Assembly (NCBI GenBank): GCA_964035545.1
Contig: OZ037771.1
Location: 569,628-633,627, forward strand
Length of the DNA: 64,000 nucleotides
Reading direction: 5' to 3'
Source: Bugula neritina
Lineage: Eukaryota; Animalia; Bryozoa
The position numbers were made by a program, and so were the translations under genes. Under the pieces are notes generated by a model. The model was not told the DNA's origin, did no database searches, and saw only the letters and a program-made list of their open reading frames with translations. Positions 51,001 to 64,000 of this stretch are shown here, one piece after another. Numbering within the stretch: the first letter of the stretch is position 1; the number at the start of each line of letters is the position of its first letter.

Positions 51001-52738
51001 TTTTCTGTCCACAGGTGCCCCGTCAAGTGTGTACATCTCTCCGACAAGCACTTGCTCTCAGGTGTCTATTTATACTAATATTGTCAGCAAACGCTACACC
51101 TAATGTTTGATACGTAGTAGGTGTAATGGAGGTGTGTGGATCACATACACACATGTTGTATTCCAAACAGCACATTGTACTTTTGTTGAGTACGCAGCAT
51201 ATAGATTAGTTCCTTCTCTCAGTCTGTATTCTGTTATAATATTCACATCTTATCTTAATTTAGAAATTTTAACTTTTAACTGAAATATCTGACAGTGATG
51301 GCATCTGTCTAACACATGTAAATATTTGAGATACTCTCTAATCATTATGTGGAACATTGCGTGATGCATTTCAAAATAACAAGCCCGTGATTAAGTGTCA
51401 GAGGAATTAGGAAAAGCTGAACTTCCTTTTATTATTGTATAAATATATGTACTGTTATACTACATTACTGCTACTAAATTATATTATTATATGAATATAT
51501 ATAGAATTGCTATATGAATATATATTATATTACTAAATAAATATACTGTAGCTATGTTTCAGTGTGCACCGAGTACAATCACGTCAGAACTTGGAGTCTC
51601 ACAAGATTCAGGGGAATGATCTCTACGCAACCTGGTCCTATACCCAAATCATCCTTCAAACTCTTATCTTTAGAGGATGAGGATCCATTGAATAGCTACA
51701 GAGCAGGTAAAGCTTAGCCTCTGTTTCCAGTATTCCTATGATATGCTGTGAGGGTAGTATGGATAGCACTCCACTTAGGTTTTAGTAAAAGTTATTTGTG
51801 TGATAAAGGTTGCTTAAGGTAAAGGAGTTGTTCTCTCAATATATACCATGTACTCGCATGCCCAGATGTGTCAGACTACAAGGTGAGACATGCTATACCA
51901 TGGAATTGATATCTAACTGCCCTACTAATTCATTGCTTCTAAATGTTGTTAGAGTCACAGTAAAACTTTGCTATTGAGATAGTAAGCTGCAGATAACTAC
52001 CAATACATGTGCTGCAGATAACTACCAATACATGTGATGCAGGTAACCACTTTGGGCCGTATGGTGACGCCAATGATGAGCAGCAGATTCTCGTACAGAA
52101 GGTTGTGCCGGAGACTGACTCTGTATACATTCGTCTGGCGGCTACCGGCCACACTGTATGTGTCATCAGGTCATGTGACGGCAGTGACATCACTTCCTTC
52201 TTTGTACACGACTGCGAAGGGTCCAGCAGACTGGGTTCACCTCCTCGCAGGTAGCAATCCGTTGCTGTGTTTTATTTCTGTTTTCTGTGTGAGCAACCAT
52301 TCATAAGTTGTCGGTCTTCAACATTGCTCTCTATCATTAGTCTATTTTCCAGCTTAAATACAAACATTTAAAGATGTCATTGGCAACAGTTTGCTTTCCA
52401 TACTTCCACTATTTCGAGTTCCATTGGGCACCACATAGACTGATAACTTGTTCTGTTCCAGGTACCTGTTTACTGGCCATTCTAATGGCAGTCTGCAAGT
52501 CTGGGATCTCACCACAGCCTTAGACTTATATTGTAAAGGAGAAAAAGTGGGGGAGGCACCCGGAGGCCCCACAGCTAATGAACTGTTGTCTGTGCTAGGG
52601 TTTTGTGATTTGAGTAACTCAAGACACACAACTCCAAGTGTAAGCCCCTCTCCCAGCTTACTCAGAAATATGCTACAACGCAACACATCACAGGGCCGCT
52701 GCAATCCCACCCACCATTTCAATGTGAGCAATAGTTGA
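45035..52738 (+). CDS. KCTD3: BTB/POZ plus WD40-like protein KCTD3/SHKBP1, multi-exon
   Basis: [15 protein letters not shown]|[24 protein letters not shown]..|[35 protein letters not shown]; HWQ|VQDV; [15 protein letters not shown]; [12 protein letters not shown]; [33 protein letters not shown]; stop 52738. Confidence 0.95.
45472..45630 (+). repeat. 10-11 bp repeat (tactctagctg)n immediately after a KCTD3 donor
   Basis: GCA|GTAAGTA actctagctatactctagctg... Confidence 0.9.
46348..46632 (+). repeat. GTAAGT/GTCAGT-rich compound repeat starting at a KCTD3 donor
   Basis: gtaagtatatatgtcagtgtaagtactaatatatat..., built from donor-consensus hexamers. Confidence 0.9.
50011..50888 (+). repeat. 27-bp minisatellite (attatataataccatgtagtagtcact)n filling a KCTD3 intron
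   Basis: About 32 copies; last unit merges with acceptor attcag at 50890. Confidence 0.95.
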
Positions 52739-53148
52739 GAGGACAGGGCTACAGCTATACTTTGTGTTATGCAGTGAAGTGTGCCTGTAGCAGCTGCACT
52801 TACCCCTGGAGCAATACATGCATTCAGTTTAATGGAGAAACATATATTCTGTATTGTATTATATAATGAATATTCCGCTACATATATTATTCATTGAGTA
52901 GTTATAATGCACTAACAGTTTACTCGTGCTGATAGTTGAAAGTTGATGTATACATGTAAAGTATGTACGTACAGCCACTTGTGCCACCATTTATTTGACA
53001 ATAGACTGGAATATTAATTATATATTATATTTTATTTACAAATCACTGCTTGTATAAGTATTTTAAAATATAGAATATGATTTAAAATCACTAATTAATC
53101 TAGAATATTCAGAAGTACACTAGAAAGTGTAGTCTACGATAACACAGG

Positions 53149-63894
<10,746 letters not shown>

Positions 63895-64000
63895 CTAAGC
63901 AAAAGAAATGTAGTTTAATAAAACTAAACAAGCATTGATTACCAAACACAATTTAAGTTGAGTAATACAAAGTACATTGCTTGCTGCAAATTGCATAACA

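Overview
Eukaryotic, intron-rich, AT-rich DNA that looks like invertebrate metazoan genome; the taxon cannot be fixed from this window. Manual exon joining supports nine protein-coding genes: the 3' end of an RBFA-like gene (+), a RING/B-box/coiled-coil/NHL-like TRIM gene (+), a small two-exon secreted peptide precursor absent from the ORF track in full form (+), PSMD1/Rpn2 (-) with a complete 5-HT2-like GPCR nested antisense in one intron (+), MSL3 (+, head-to-head with PSMD1), a TRH-receptor-like GPCR (-), KCTD3/SHKBP1 (+) and VPS33A (-, runs off the window end). Almost all long ORFs in the track are translations of intronic minisatellites. The most striking pattern is that more than 30 mostly unrelated tandem arrays sit in introns, most abut a splice site, and at least a dozen have a repeat unit that is a copy of the local exon/intron junction, giving ladders of 3 to about 22 donor or acceptor sites. 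Several donor ladders are frame-preserving and stop-free. Other points of interest are frame-preserving candidate microexons in MSL3 (27 nt, inside a degenerate chromo-barrel cage) and KCTD3 (12 nt), altered activation motifs in both GPCRs, and probable overlapping 3' UTRs. Homology calls rest on recalled family sequences, not database searches, and repeat copy numbers are approximate hand counts.
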